DNA from: Lama guanicoe
Lineage: Eukaryota
Length of the DNA stretch: 64,000 nucleotides
Assembly (NCBI GenBank): GCA_013239625.1
Contig: MU054323.1
Location: forward strand, 5,631,220-5,695,219
Direction of reading: 5' to 3'
Shown here: in pieces, positions 12,401 through 24,945 of the stretch
Numbering within the stretch: the first letter of the stretch is position 1
How the letters are laid out: each line of letters starts with the position of its first letter
Translations under genes and position numbers: made by a program
Notes under the pieces: model-generated
Seen by the model: the letters and a program-made list of their open reading frames with translations, nothing else
Databases searched by the model: none
Told to the model about the DNA's origin: nothing

Positions 12401-14639
12401 CACGGTCAATGTTAAATCACAGAAAGTTGAAAATATTGCTTTACTGCTGGAAGTCTCACAGCCTTCCACATGATCAGATGAAGAGTCCTCTCCAAGAGGG
12501 AAGCATACTACACATCACGTCCAAATTATGTGAGCATGGAGCCCTTCATCTACAGAGCATCACACAAGGTTACAGTATCCATGAAGTACTCTTTGGGAAA
12601 CATCCCTGAAACATTCAGCACACAGCTTCACTTCGTTCCGCTGAATGAGAACCTTTTCTTTCCAGAGCCCTCATTTAGCAAATCACATCAGTTTGTCTTT
12701 GCCTAATCCTCCTATGTCTTCAATGCACCATGTCAGCCTGTGCTTAAAAAATTTTTTTTTAATATTTAAAAAAAAGGAGGAGAAGAAGAACAACAACAAA
12801 ATGAAAGTCAAAACTCCTGGTAAGCACTGAAGTCAAAATCATCCGACAATAAGATTATAGCACCTTCCAGCAACAAGCCGAAAGGCAGAAAACAGAATTA
12901 TATCTAAAAATCAAACTGCACCCCTACCACCTGTGCAACGATCAATATGCCATTACCCCATCTACAGAGCGGCTTGCAAGTAACAATTCCTAGGCAACAA
13001 CAGAGGCAAAGGCAGGATTGGAAAACTGCCTTGAATCGCTCACCAGCCCAATGTAGGAACTCAGGATTCTGGACACAGGCCTGGGGAAAGCATGGGCTGC
13101 AGGTCCCACGCTGGAAGAAAATGTAATCATACCATCCAGTTAGGCCATGAAGACAGCCATGGAGCCAATGAATCCTTTTCAAGGCCCGGGGGAGCTGGGA
13201 CCAAGATCTGATCTTATCTTTGGGAAATTGTAGAGTTGTTGCCTGGTCCTTTGCATAAGCACTGCAGTCCAAACAAATGGCCAAGAAAGCACACCACGCC
13301 TATCAAGAGGTGGCCACAGAATAATGAGATACCTGAATTCTAGGCAGGAGTGCTATAGGAAATAGGAGGATTTAGCCCAGACAAGAGAAAACTCAGAGTA
13401 TAAAACCGAATGTCTTCCGATGTCTGAACAGCTCTCATGTCAGGAGCATCATTTGTGTCATTATGGTGTCAGTTACAAGGAGGTCAATTTGGACTTGATA
13501 GTAAGAAAACTTTCTAACTCTGTGCAGGTGTCAGCAAGGGTCATATCGCTCTTTAGGATCTATAAAGATTGCCTTGGGCAACCATTCAGTGGGTTTTAAA
13601 AATCCAATTGCCTCTTCAAGAATCACTAATGTGTATGCCTGTGTGGGGAGAGAGAGGCTGGATTTATACAGCTCTGAGTTTCCTCCTAAAACTAAGACTA
13701 CATGTGTCAAGCGTACCCTTTGTGCTCTAGCAAGAAACGGAAGTATACCGGAGGAGGTTTTTACACATGTGAACACACTGAGAGGCATCCGAAAATCTGC
13801 ACTGAGAGAAAGGTGAGGTCCGACTGAGTGATGCGTGTGGGACTCTGCTACTCAGTGAGGGAGAAAGGGAAGAAGATAGTCTCCCAAAGCTCTGACCTGA
13901 GAATATATGCCAGCAGCTTCTAGAAGTTCAGAAGTATCCTATTGGCATGTGGCTTCTGTTTGATGGAAGTAAGAAACTTCCCATCAAAATAGCTCAGGAA
14001 ATTCGCACTTGACATTGCCACCCTGGCTCCAAACATGCAGCAGTGATCTATTTAAAACAACACAAAAATATCGCCACTCTCAGAAACAAGTAAATGTCTT
14101 CTTCGTGCATCAGAAACAGAACAGCAACTCCGAAACATACACAGCTCTGAAGCCACAGGCCCAGACCAAGGCAGTGGGAATCTGGAATTCAATGCTTCTG
14201 GGACCACAGGGGGCTAGAAGCGGGCTCACTGCTTAAAGCTGGGAGGTAGACTGCCCCCAACATTGCCCGCTCCACACGCAGACACCGCTTGAGAAAAGAG
14301 GCAGAAAAGAACGGCTCCCAAGTGCTGCAGGAGGCACAGCAATGCAAACGCAGCCCCGAGATCAGGAACTAAGCAAAGCACCGGCTAGCTCAGGAACAGG
14401 CTGGTAATTTTCCTGATCACACAACCGGGCTGGAAATAAACATGACCACTACGGGATCTGTCCCACGGTCACGGATTAGGACTACACAGAATGGTAACCT
14501 CATGGCCACTCAGATAGGAGCGAGCGTTTGCAGGAGAAGAGAGAAAAAGAGAATAGCAAAGATCTCCCCTCAAAATAAAGCCATAAGTCAAAATTTCAAC
14601 CATGTAAAGAAATATAACACCAGAAAAGAAAACAAATGT

Positions 14640-14986
14640 AAAGAGCCATTGAAACAAAAAAAATCAATCTATATCCCTTTATCGAAGGGTGAAAATAAAT
14701 ATGCTTAGGTGGATTAATGAAAGAATAAGGCCCTTTACATAAGCAAAAAACATCTTTGATGAAAGGTAAAAATGGAACAAGAAAATGATACGAAAACGAA
14801 TAGGTGAGAAGTTATAGAAATGAAAATTATAGTCATGTCTATAAGTGAATTTTTAAAGCAATAAATGATATAAAATCTAGTCTGAAAACAGAGGCGAAAG
14901 CAAGTTAGCGAAGGAGAAGATGGTGCTGAGAAGTTTACCCAGAGGCCGTGCAGAGAGAAAAAGGTAAGAACTGCAGAAGAGACGTT
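14640..14986 (+). mobile_element. Ancient L1/HAL1 ORF1 remnant, left part; host of the young L1
   Basis: A-rich ORF1-like text (gaagttatagaaatgaaaattatagtc...gttagcgaaggagaagat...tttacccagag) that continues after the young L1's 3' TSD. Confidence 0.55.
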
Positions 14987-15003
14987 AAGAAAGACGGAGT
15001 AAA

Positions 15004-16594
15004 CTATCCAATTACCCAGGACATATTTCACAGAACTAGAACAAATCATAATAAAATTTATATGGAACCATCAAAGACCTAGAATTGCTAAAGCATTACT
15101 GAAGAGAAAGAAAGAGGCTGGAGGAATAACTCTCCCAGACTTCAGACAATACTATAGAGCTACAGTCATCAAGACAGCATGGTATTGGTACCAAAACAGA
15201 CATATAGACCAATGGAACAGAATAGAGAGCCCAGAAATGAACCCACAAACTTTTGGTCAACTCATCTTCGACAAAGGAGGCAAGAATATACAATGGAATA
15301 AAGACAGTCTCTTCAGCAAATGGTGTTGGGAAAACTGGACAGCAGCATGTAAAACAATGAAGCTAGAACACACCCTTACACCATATACAAAAATCAACTC
15401 AAAATGGATTAAAGACTTAAACATAAGACAAGATACAATAAACCTCCTAGAGGAAAACATAGGCAAAACATTATCTGACATACATTTCAAAAATTTTCTC
15501 CTAGAAGAAATAAAAGCAAGAATAAACAAATGGGACCTAATGAAACTTACAAGCTTCTGCAGAGCAAAGGAAACCAGAAATAAAACAAGAAGAAAACCTA
15601 CGGAATGGGAGAAAATTTTTGCAAGTGAAACCGACAAAGGCTTGATCTCCAAAATATATAAGCAGCTCATACGACTCAATAAGAAAAAAATAAACAACCC
15701 AATCCAAAAATGGGCAGAAGACCTAAACAAGCAATTCTCCAAGGAAGACATACAAATGATCAAAAAGCACATGAAAAAATGCTCAATATCACTAATTATC
15801 AGAGAAATGCAAATCAAAACTACAATGAGGTATCACCTCACACCAGTCAGAATGGCCGTCATTCAAAAATCCAAAAATGACAAATGCTGGAGAGGCTGTG
15901 GAGAAAGGGGAACCCTCCTACACTGCTGGTGGGAATGCAGTTTGGTGCAGCCACTATGGAAAACAGTGTGGAGATTCCTCAAAAGACTAGGAATAGACTT
16001 ACCATATGACCCAGGAATCCCACTCCTGGGCTTGTATCCAGAAGGAAATCTACTTCAGGATGACACCTGCACTCCAATGTTCATAGCAGCACTATTTACA
16101 ATAGCCAAAACATGGAAACAGCCTAAATGTCCATCAATAGGTGACTGGATAAAGAAGAGGTGGTATATTTATACAATGGAATACTACTCAGCCATAAAAA
16201 CCGACAACATAACGCCATTTGCAGCAACATGGATGCTCCTAGAGAATGTCATTCTAAGTGAAGTAAGCCAGAAAGAGAAAGAAAAATACCATATGAGATC
16301 GCTCATACGTGGAATCTAAAGACTCATGGACAGAGAATACAGACTTGTGGTTACCAGGGGGGTAGAGGGTGGGAAGGGATAGACTGGGATTTCAAAATTG
16401 TAGAATAGATAAACAAGATTACACTGTATAGCACAGGGAAATATACACAAAATGTTATGATAAATCACAGAGAAAAAAATGTGACAATGAGTGTGTATAT
16501 GTCCATGAATGACTGAAAAATTGTGCTGAACACTGGAATTTGACACAACATTGTAAAATGATTATAAATCAATAAAAAATGTTTAAAAAAAAAA
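15004..16594 (+). mobile_element. Young 5'-truncated LINE-1, camelid-like
   Basis: Uninterrupted ORF2 C-terminus, 3' UTR, AATAAA at 16571, poly(A). 17-bp TSD aagaaagacggagtaaa (14987-15003) / aagaaagacagagtaaa (16595-16611) at a tt/aaga L1 endonuclease-type site. Confidence 0.97.
15006..16319 (+). pseudogene. ORF2: L1 ORF2p C-terminal 437 codons (post-RT region and CCHC zinc knuckle); lacks EN and RT core
   Basis: The frame is open from 15006 ([13 protein letters not shown]...[19 protein letters not shown]) through track ORF 15237-16319, with [18 protein letters not shown] and [13 protein letters not shown]. Confidence 0.95.
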
Positions 16595-16611
16595 AAGAAA
16601 GACAGAGTAAA

Positions 16612-16790
16612 ATAAGAGGCACAAACATGGGTTAAATGATTTTTCCAGCAGAAAGGAATGGAGGGAACGGCACAGAAACAGTATGTGCAAGCTGAGACTT
16701 TTCCAGAATTAGAGAAAGACAGACATCTTGAGAACATACAATTTTAGATCAACTGACCAGTGGATGAATTTCCAACTGATATTTAGCAAA
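16612..16790 (+). mobile_element. Ancient L1/HAL1 ORF1 remnant, right part
   Basis: gctgagacttttccagaattagagaaagaca matches the L1 ORF1 motif gctgagaattttccagaatt. Confidence 0.55.
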
Positions 16791-16924
16791 TTGACCTTGA
16801 ACCAAGACACGTGCCCGTCTAGGGGTAAAGTCTGAAACAGAAAGCTGGACGCCCATGTCGCCCCACGAAGGGTCTGAGGCAGGGGCACCAGGGCCTTCTT
16901 CGTGTGGGACACTGACTGCACCAG

Positions 16925-18020
16925 GGCTGTTCCTCAGGGCCTCTCATCAGAGCCCCATCAGAACCCATGTTCTCTTTTCACAGCAAGCTTTTAGTAACAC
17001 CCCGAAATGAAGCCCGTGGATGATATATCTGACCCACGCTCATTTTTTTTACAATAGACATGTATTGTCCTAACTGTAAGTAAACGAAGAGGTTAAATAA
17101 TCTGCAATAACATGCATGTCTCAGTATGTAAGTAATCACGGCTACACTGGACGACACAAAGTCATTAGAGGTCCATACCTGTATCTGAGAGAATCATCAC
17201 GGAGGTGACGCCTGAAAATGCAGGCTCATTCAAACCCAGGCCTGTGTTTATGACTCAGATTCTGTGAGCACAGTTTCCATCAGTGAGTTCATTGTTTCAA
17301 AATGGTGAGCAACTCCCGGTAAAGTTCTGAGCAAAACAAAGTACAGCCTTACCTCATTTCACAATGGAACTGCATTCTTAGGGAAAGAGAAGCAGCGATT
17401 TAAAGCATGCGAAGGCAAACGCCCGTGTAACGCACTAACTCTACTGTAGTGGAGAAACACACGGGAAAGAACATATAAAATAGCACTTCTTTCAGTCTGT
17501 AAATGCTCAGGAGGATGACTAACTAGAAGACACGGTGAAACGGCCAGAAGCTTGTGTCTTTACACGGACAGGAATGAGACCGCTAGGGGCACAGACGGCT
17601 ACAGGTGTGCTGTATGGCAATTCTGATGCCACGAGGGGCGTTGCCATTGGTGACAATCATTTTCCATGGAGGGAGTGATGTGAACAATTTCTGATAAATT
17701 TCTGAACATCATACAGTGCAATCTTTTCTCAATTTACACAGTAGATAGAGTCCCCGGGAAAGCCAGTGCAGATTAGCGTTATGCACAAAACACATGGTGT
17801 TATATGTAGAGCAGTTAAGATCTAGGCTCAGATAATTATCAGAAGGTTTTTTTTTTCACCTACATCAGCATCCACTGAGACATTCACAAATCGTGCAGGA
17901 CATGGAACAATTCCTCACATGCAGGACCCGTCCCTCCCCCTCCTGGCAACATCACTAGATCAAACAAAGGCCCTTCACACATTCCCAAATGGCCCCTCAG
18001 AGGCAGAACTACTCCAAAGG
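16925..18020. mobile_element. MER20B-like hAT-Charlie element with internal duplication
   Basis: caaaatggtgagcaactcccggtaaagttctgagcaaaacaaagtaca; tctaggctcagataattat; ttttcacctacat; ggaacaattcctca. Confidence 0.75.
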
Positions 18021-19901
18021 TCAAGTGGGCTTCAAAAATAACCAATCTGGTGAGAACAAAATTATAAGCACATGGTCCACAGATTTTCGCATCCCTGACA
18101 GAGCATTCAGTCCTGTCCCAGCAGACGCCAGTGCTAAGGGAGGTTGGACATTTGTGCTCAGAGCATTTGCTTTAAGCCCCTTCTGCGGTGGTGCATCCAC
18201 CACAGACAGCTGACAAAGCTTCATGAATGAATGAGCAGGGCACTTTTCTGATTTGCTGTAACAAGCAATACAGATGTTGTCTGGAAAGAGGTCAGTACGA
18301 ATCAGGAAAGCCAAGTGTAAATAAAAAAAGGGAACATGCCCTCAGATTCACAGTTAGAAACAGTCAAGTGCCCCGACTAGGGAACAGAGCCAAGATTCAA
18401 AGGCCTCCTCATGGCAGCGGCTGTGGTCCCGTCTCGGCCATCAGGCAGCTCCAGCTTTCTCGGGTTTGAGGGTCAGTGCCAACTCTGCCGGCTTCTGGAA
18501 GGAGGTCCCCAGAACCTCTCTGTTTCGGCTTCCTTCTCAGGTATGGCCAGACATAAAAACTGGAAGGCATTACAAGATTCCCCTCAAAGCAAGAAGTGTG
18601 AGTGAGGGGAGATCTTTCTGGAACTTTCCCCTGACTGCACGGCACGGGCCTCACTGAGCACAGGAAACAGTCTCGGAGATCAGGTCCTTGGGGCCACGGA
18701 GTCGACAAGAGCAGAACCACAGACTCTTTCATCTTTGCTGAATCTAATGCAAAACCCTGAGCGCCCAACATACTGTCAGTGTTCAAAAATTCATAACTTA
18801 GGATTGTTATTTCTATTATTTTCTGTTCATGGACAAGTGAAAAATGAACAGCCTCTCAGTCGTTTCCCGGGCCTCCCGATTCAGTCTTTGTAAGATGAAC
18901 CTGGGTCTGGGCATCTGTGAAGATTATTTTCACCTGATACACATTTTACTCTTTGTCTTTTCCTGAATTTTTGTAAATGCAGCAAACCCGCAGCAATTTA
19001 AGCAATTAAGTGCACTGAATAGAAGTAATTTCCCAAAGATAGAGCCGAACAGATTATGAGCATGAATAAAAGATCACAAACCAGATATCCTTTGGAGATC
19101 CACCCCCAGTTGGGGAAGGGAAGACTCTCTTCTTTCTTTCCCACAACTCTTGGATCCATCAAAAACTCAGCCCCTACAATTTGTGTCTCTTCTTTCCTAT
19201 TTTTCAAATATCCTCCCACGGCTGAAGAGCACGAGGGCCAGCGGAAATGCTTCTGACAGAAGCTTCTCTTCAGCAGTGATCCCCTGCTGTAGCTCACCCT
19301 CAGCTGAGGTTCAGGGAGAGACCTTTGTCCCTCACACCAGAGAGAACCGTCTTCATGAATCAATTATTGATCTCAGCTCAGTCCTCTGAGGAAATCTCTC
19401 CTTCCTCCCATCTCCCCACCAGTCAGGATCCCTGCCGGGCACCACTGTGGGTGGAGCTGGGGCCTCGTCCAGATCCTCTAAGGGCTGGAGTCCACTCGGC
19501 ACGGAGGAAAGAGATCTATGGCTTTTGTTTCAGAAAACAATGTTTATTTGCAGCAGATGCAGTTTTTTGGATCCAGACTCCCAGACAGTCCAGGATGCAT
19601 TCAAAAGACATCTGACAAAGGCATGTCTGAATCTTGTAACACTGACCCAAAACAGATGGATCCCCGTTTTCTCCATTCCTGACTCCTGCATTCAACATAA
19701 ACCAGGAGTCGTCCTTTTCCTTCTTTGTGTGGATGGATTTCTGCTCTCAGCTAGACCCGTGAGGCCCGTGAATGAACATGGAGCTGAAGACTGGATTGTG
19801 GCAGAATCCAGGGGGGGTCAACTCTTCAGACTGACAGGCCCCCTCCCCAGCCTAAGGGACATGTGGGGCTGCGTTCTCACTCATGTCACTGTTTTACTCT
19901 G

Positions 19902-19903
<2 letters not shown>

Positions 19904-19937
<34 letters not shown>
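19904..19937. repeat. (GT)17 microsatellite
   Basis: Read directly. Confidence 0.97.
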
Positions 19938-19938
<1 letters not shown>

Positions 19939-20421
19939 GTCTCCCCAGACTTGAGGGCAGAGATGTCTTATAAAAAAATCTGTCTTCTCTACCCTCCCTA
20001 GCTCCCAAAACCAGGCATGATACACATTAGCAACTTAAATCATGTTGAACAAAGGAATGAATGAAATAAAGTGCTTCTGGCCCTTTTCCCAACCCTGGAA
20101 AAATAACTGCGAGCATATGTCCTCCCTGCGCACTTGCTGAAACGGCTCCACGGGACTCAGACGCTCGCCGCCCAGCCCACAAGCCCTGTGCCTCTCTCTC
20201 TGCGCCAGACAGGAAGACATCAGGCATCCCCACTGAGTGAGGGGCACAGTCTCCACAGATGTGCCATCTGACCCTGAGAGAAGGAGGGGAAATTATTGAA
20301 AAATTGAAATGAAATTATTGAAATTATTGAAATAAAAGTTTTGAAAAGCATCCCACAAATGCAACAATGCTGCCCAGCACGCTCTGGGACATAGCAGGTG
20401 GCATGCACCATGACTGCAGAC

Positions 20422-20475
20422 CACACACACACACACACACACACACGCATGCACGCGTGCACACACACATGTGTG
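20422..20475. repeat. Compound (CA)n / alternating purine-pyrimidine tract
   Basis: (ca)n cgcatgcacgcgtg (ca)n tgtgtg, read directly. Confidence 0.95.
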
Positions 20476-22601
20476 GAGTGCCAGGGCAAATAAAGAGCCT
20501 TGATGCAATGACCATCTCAGTCCAAAGAGACTGGGAGACTGTATCTGGGATATGTCTCACTGAACTTATTAGCTGGAGCTGGGAAGTAATCTAAACAGTT
20601 TGTCGTGGACTGTTTCAGAAGAATCTATTGTGAAGGAGATAAATCTATGGGCCACTTAAACTTCCCATCAGGGAGGGCATCTCGTGGCATGATCAACAGT
20701 CAGATCGAGTCCCAGGAAACACTCATAGGCCTTCCCCTCTCAGTTCCCATCTCACTAACACTTTCTTTTCTCACCATGAAAAGGAAAGTTCTTAGAGTTC
20801 TAAGTGCTCAGCTCTGAGCTCAGTGCTCAGACCCTCCTGAGAGAGGGTCATGACTTCCAAGAATCAGAGACAACAGAAAAAGATGAACAGATCTACAGAA
20901 GGAAGCAAGTCAAGATGCATTTAAGCCAGTTAGCCATCAGAGAGCCAGCCAATAAACCAGGAAGGACTTTTGTTTGACCCCCCCTACCCGTCTACCAAGC
21001 ACACACGATATGTTTGAATTCCACTGGTGAACCCGGATTAGACTTGACTATGATCCCACTACATACCACGGCACAGTATTCACTACTGAGCACGGATCCG
21101 TAGTCCTAAAACATCAGGCATTCAGTAGATACAAAATCATCCAAGTATGAATTAAGCAAGACGTTTGTAACAGGTGCTATTGACGCTAGACGGTTCCTTA
21201 GTCACTGTTAACAATGAGCTTGCAAGTCGAGCCAACTATTGAGTTTATGCCAAATGACTGATTAGGAGTGAGATTTAAAGGGTAGTAGGTAAGCCTGGAA
21301 ATGAAGTACAATGGGCTGCCTGAAGTTTTTGTGTCTGTGAGAAGACACTCAGTGTGCAGCACCAGCAGAACAATACAATCAAGCTTTTTTTTTTTCCCCC
21401 TTCACAAACCGGAGCAAGGCATCTTAGGAAATAGGCATCAAAGAATAGATGCGTCCTGAAGCAAAATTACTCAGTCCAGCCCACAGAGACCAGATGTGCC
21501 CTGAAGAGCAACTAAGCAGAGCAGAGATTCAGAAGGACCCTGGGAAGCAGAAGACCTGGTGAATAATGCTTGGAATTTGTAGCCAGCTCCATAAAAAAAA
21601 AAAAAACATAAAAAAGAAAAACAGGAATGAAATGGGAGCATTCCACTAAAACTGCAACCAACCTGGAGGTTGCCCAGCGTTGATCAGGCTGCAAGAATGA
21701 TCATAACTAGAACAACCCCAATGCAGGAAGGGCTTTCCTTGAGTGGGTGTATAATCACTTATGTGCAGTGACTCTCTCTCCGTGCACACGTGAACGGTGC
21801 CAGAGAAACAAACGTAATAGTGAAAATGTGTCTGCTGAAAATAGGAATTCCATCCTTGAGCTCTAAGTGCTGCTAACTCTTTTCCACAATTAGAATCACC
21901 GAATCCCCAGAAGGGTCTGACAAACCCCACGTGGCTTTCTATTGGCAGAGGGAAATGGTGAGGCCAGAGCATAAAGAAAACCCAGTGTTTAATATTTAAT
22001 GAACCATGAACTATGGTGTCACTGCTAAATGACATTTATCTTAAGCACCCAGGCCCTGAACACACATATTCACCAGAGAATTTTTTGGCATGAAAATGCC
22101 TTCTCATTGCCTCCTAATGTTGTTGGTTCTGGATATTTGGTTCTAAATGTTCACTTCAGTTATTTCCTGACTCCCTCATCTAAAAAAAAAAAAAAATCCT
22201 TTCCCAAGAGGCTGATGGGTCCCTCATACAAAGAGACTTCTTGTCAGTGCCCCTCAGCGGTCCACCAAGCATATTCAAACACACATAATAAATCCGAACT
22301 CCACTGCTGAGCACAGACTGGACTCAACCTATGGTCAACCACACAGTATTTGCTAAAGCTTGATGAGTTCAGATTTGGGGGATGAGAAGAGGGGCAGATG
22401 AATGTCTCCCGAAGCAAATTCAGTAAGTATAATCCACAGAAACCAGATGTTTCCAGGAGAGACAAAAGGCACAACAGAAGGAAGGAGGGGAGGAGGAGCT
22501 GAGGCAGGGCCTCCATCCTGTGGGAAATTGTCAGAGGAAGGAGGGGGAAAAGATGCATTCATGAGACCCAAACAACTCAATGCAAAGTATAAAGTATAAA
22601 C

Positions 22602-22760
22602 CAGGGGTTCTTTACCCTGGCTGTACGTTAGCATCATTGGAGAGCTTTTAGAAAACAGTTATCCTGGCCTCACTCCCAAAAGATTTTAATTCAGTTGTTC
22701 TGAGGGGAGACGCAGAAGCTCTCTGGGTTTTCTAATGTGCAGCCATGGTTGAGACCCATT
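22602..22760. mobile_element. MER5A-like hAT-Charlie MITE
   Basis: caggggttctttaccctggctgtacgttagcatcattggagagcttt...ttctaatgtgcagccatggttgagaccca. Confidence 0.8.
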
Positions 22761-24573
22761 TATTCCAACTATGAATCTGTAAGAGCTCAGATGAGAGGGA
22801 GAATCCTGAGGGTAGGAGCAATCAGGAAAGCTTCCTGGAGGGAGGGGTAAGGGAGGAAAAAAGAACCACGACTGCAGGATAACAAGGGGAGAGGAGGTCT
22901 GGAACATGCCTGTCTATGAAGGCTTTGAACCCCAAGCCCACTACAGCAAACTTGATCTGGGGATGGGCTGATACATCCACGTATACACAACACTTGCCAA
23001 TTTACAGGGCACTTTTCCATCTGTGGTCTTGTTTGTCCTTTCAACAGCGAGATGAGGTAGGCAAGCAGGGAAAACATAAACATATCCATTTTGCCAGTGA
23101 GGAAATGGAGACTCAGAGAGTCTGAGTGACTCAGTAAGAGTAGTGTTTTCAGAAAATCAGTCCAGTGATAGCATGCAGTGTGAATTACAGTGTGGGAGAG
23201 AGAATTCCAGGAGGTCCCAGAGAACACGGCTGCCTTCCCATGAATGGGAGATAATACCAGTCCACAGCCTGGCAGAAGCCTTGGGAAACGCAGCGGAGAG
23301 GATCTAAGAGCCACCTCACTGCCATGCACCCCTCTATTTGTGTTTGGTGCATGGGCACTAATCTTTAACACAGTAGGTTAAAGTTGCAGCAACTGTGTCT
23401 GCATGAAGAAACAGGGAACTGCGGAACAGAGCGGGAGGAGTGCACTTGAGCAGACAAGGCTGAGAACTTGGCCCACCAGCAAGGGGCACATTCCTACATG
23501 AGTTGATATTCAAGGTAGAGGAAGCTCTTTCTCCATCCCTGAAGTTTCCTTCCAAGCGGAGGGAACTCCATGGCTGACAAACTTTGATCTCTCCCCATCT
23601 CTCAACACATTATTCATTTGACTGGGGAATTCGAGAAAAATAACTAAGGATGCTCACTTGAACTCTAACTTCATTACTTCTGGGATCCAGCCAGTCTAGA
23701 GGGAAGAGTTCTCCCAAAACACTTGCTTGGGCAGCCCATTCCCTGTGAAAAGCCCTGTCCTGTTCAGTGCTACCTGGGTGGGGGGCGGGAGCCTGCCCAG
23801 GTCTGAGACTTAGAATGAACAAGCCCACTTGGCTCACAGAACTGTATCCATGACCTCCAACTTGGCCGTTCTCAGTGATACACTTGGAGTGCATTCTTAC
23901 TCTTCGTTCAGTTCATAACTTCCTCAGAGCCAGGGAAGACAGAAGGAGTACTCCTCATAGGGTGCATCCTCAGAGACCCCAACAGTTGACATTATTGGAG
24001 CAAGAAAACAAAGAGGTTCTCGGCATGAACCCCATGACACTGGCAGCCCCAGGATGGGTTTTCACCCCTCAAAAGCCTTGTAAAGGAAGAAACCAGCGAT
24101 GACCTTCCAAAGGAACCCTGAAGCTTAATTCATCCACCCACATGCGCAGTGGGGAAAGCTGCCTCTGGGATTCACTCTGGGAAATACCATCAGGCCACCC
24201 GAGAGCCCACATTTTGCAGGCGTCTCGTTTAGTTACAGACTATTGCCTCCATCAAACTCCTTCATCCAAACAGCCAGATAAATGATTGGCAGGCTCGAGT
24301 CTGTGATTTTTTTTACAGCACTGAGGAAGTGCAGAAGCCAAGACAAATATTTTAATATTCTTTACTTTGTTAAACAGCCTGACAGCCAGCTGATTACACA
24401 GTTTACCTTTAAAAGGCAAAGATGGTGTCAAGGATCATTTTTTTTTTCTGAGATGAGATAATTTTGTAATTCTAGTTCCTTCAATAAGTCTAAAGTCTAT
24501 ACATTTTAGGGAGCAAGCTCCAATATTCATTCTCTATTTCCTACAGGTCTTGGAATTAAATTATTAAGGTTTA

Positions 24574-24868
24574 AGACTCATAGACATAGAATGCAAACTT
24601 GTGGTTGCCAAGGGGGAGGAGGGAGGGAGGGATAGACTAGGAGTTCAAAATTTGTAGATACTGACAGGCATATGTAGACTAGATAAACAAGATTATACTG
24701 TATAGTACAGGGAAATATATACAAGATCTTGTGGTGGCTCACAGTGAAAAAAAAATGTGACAATGAATATATGTATGTTCATGTATAACTGAAAAATTGT
24801 GCTCTACACTGGAAATTGACACAACATTGTAAAATGACTATAACTCAATAAAAAGTTTATAAAATAAA
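24574..24868 (+). mobile_element. L1 3'-UTR-only insertion, same lineage as the 15-16.6 kb L1
   Basis: Aligns by eye to 16320-16590 (agactcat..., gataaacaagatta, gaaaaattgtgct, tgacacaacattgtaaaatga). TSD aaattattaag(gttta) 24558-24573 / aaattattaag(actta) 24869-24884. Confidence 0.92.
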
Positions 24869-24889
24869 AAAATTATTAAGACTTATTTT

Positions 24890-24907
24890 TATATATAGAT
24901 ACACACA

Positions 24908-24942
<35 letters not shown>
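24890..24942. repeat. (TA)n-(CA)n microsatellite
   Basis: Read directly. Confidence 0.93.

Positions 24943-24945
<3 letters not shown>

Noticed and set aside
15257..15817. 186-aa minus-strand ORF
   Set aside because: It is the antisense frame of L1 ORF2, a common artefact.
20290..20340. Short gaaattatt tandem repeat as a possible array
   Set aside because: Low-complexity slippage repeat with no spacers; nothing CRISPR-like, and the DNA is mammalian.
22787..23371. 194-aa minus-strand ORF
   Set aside because: Runs through a MIR fragment (LHFLTGKM is translated MIR core); no protein similarity I recognise.
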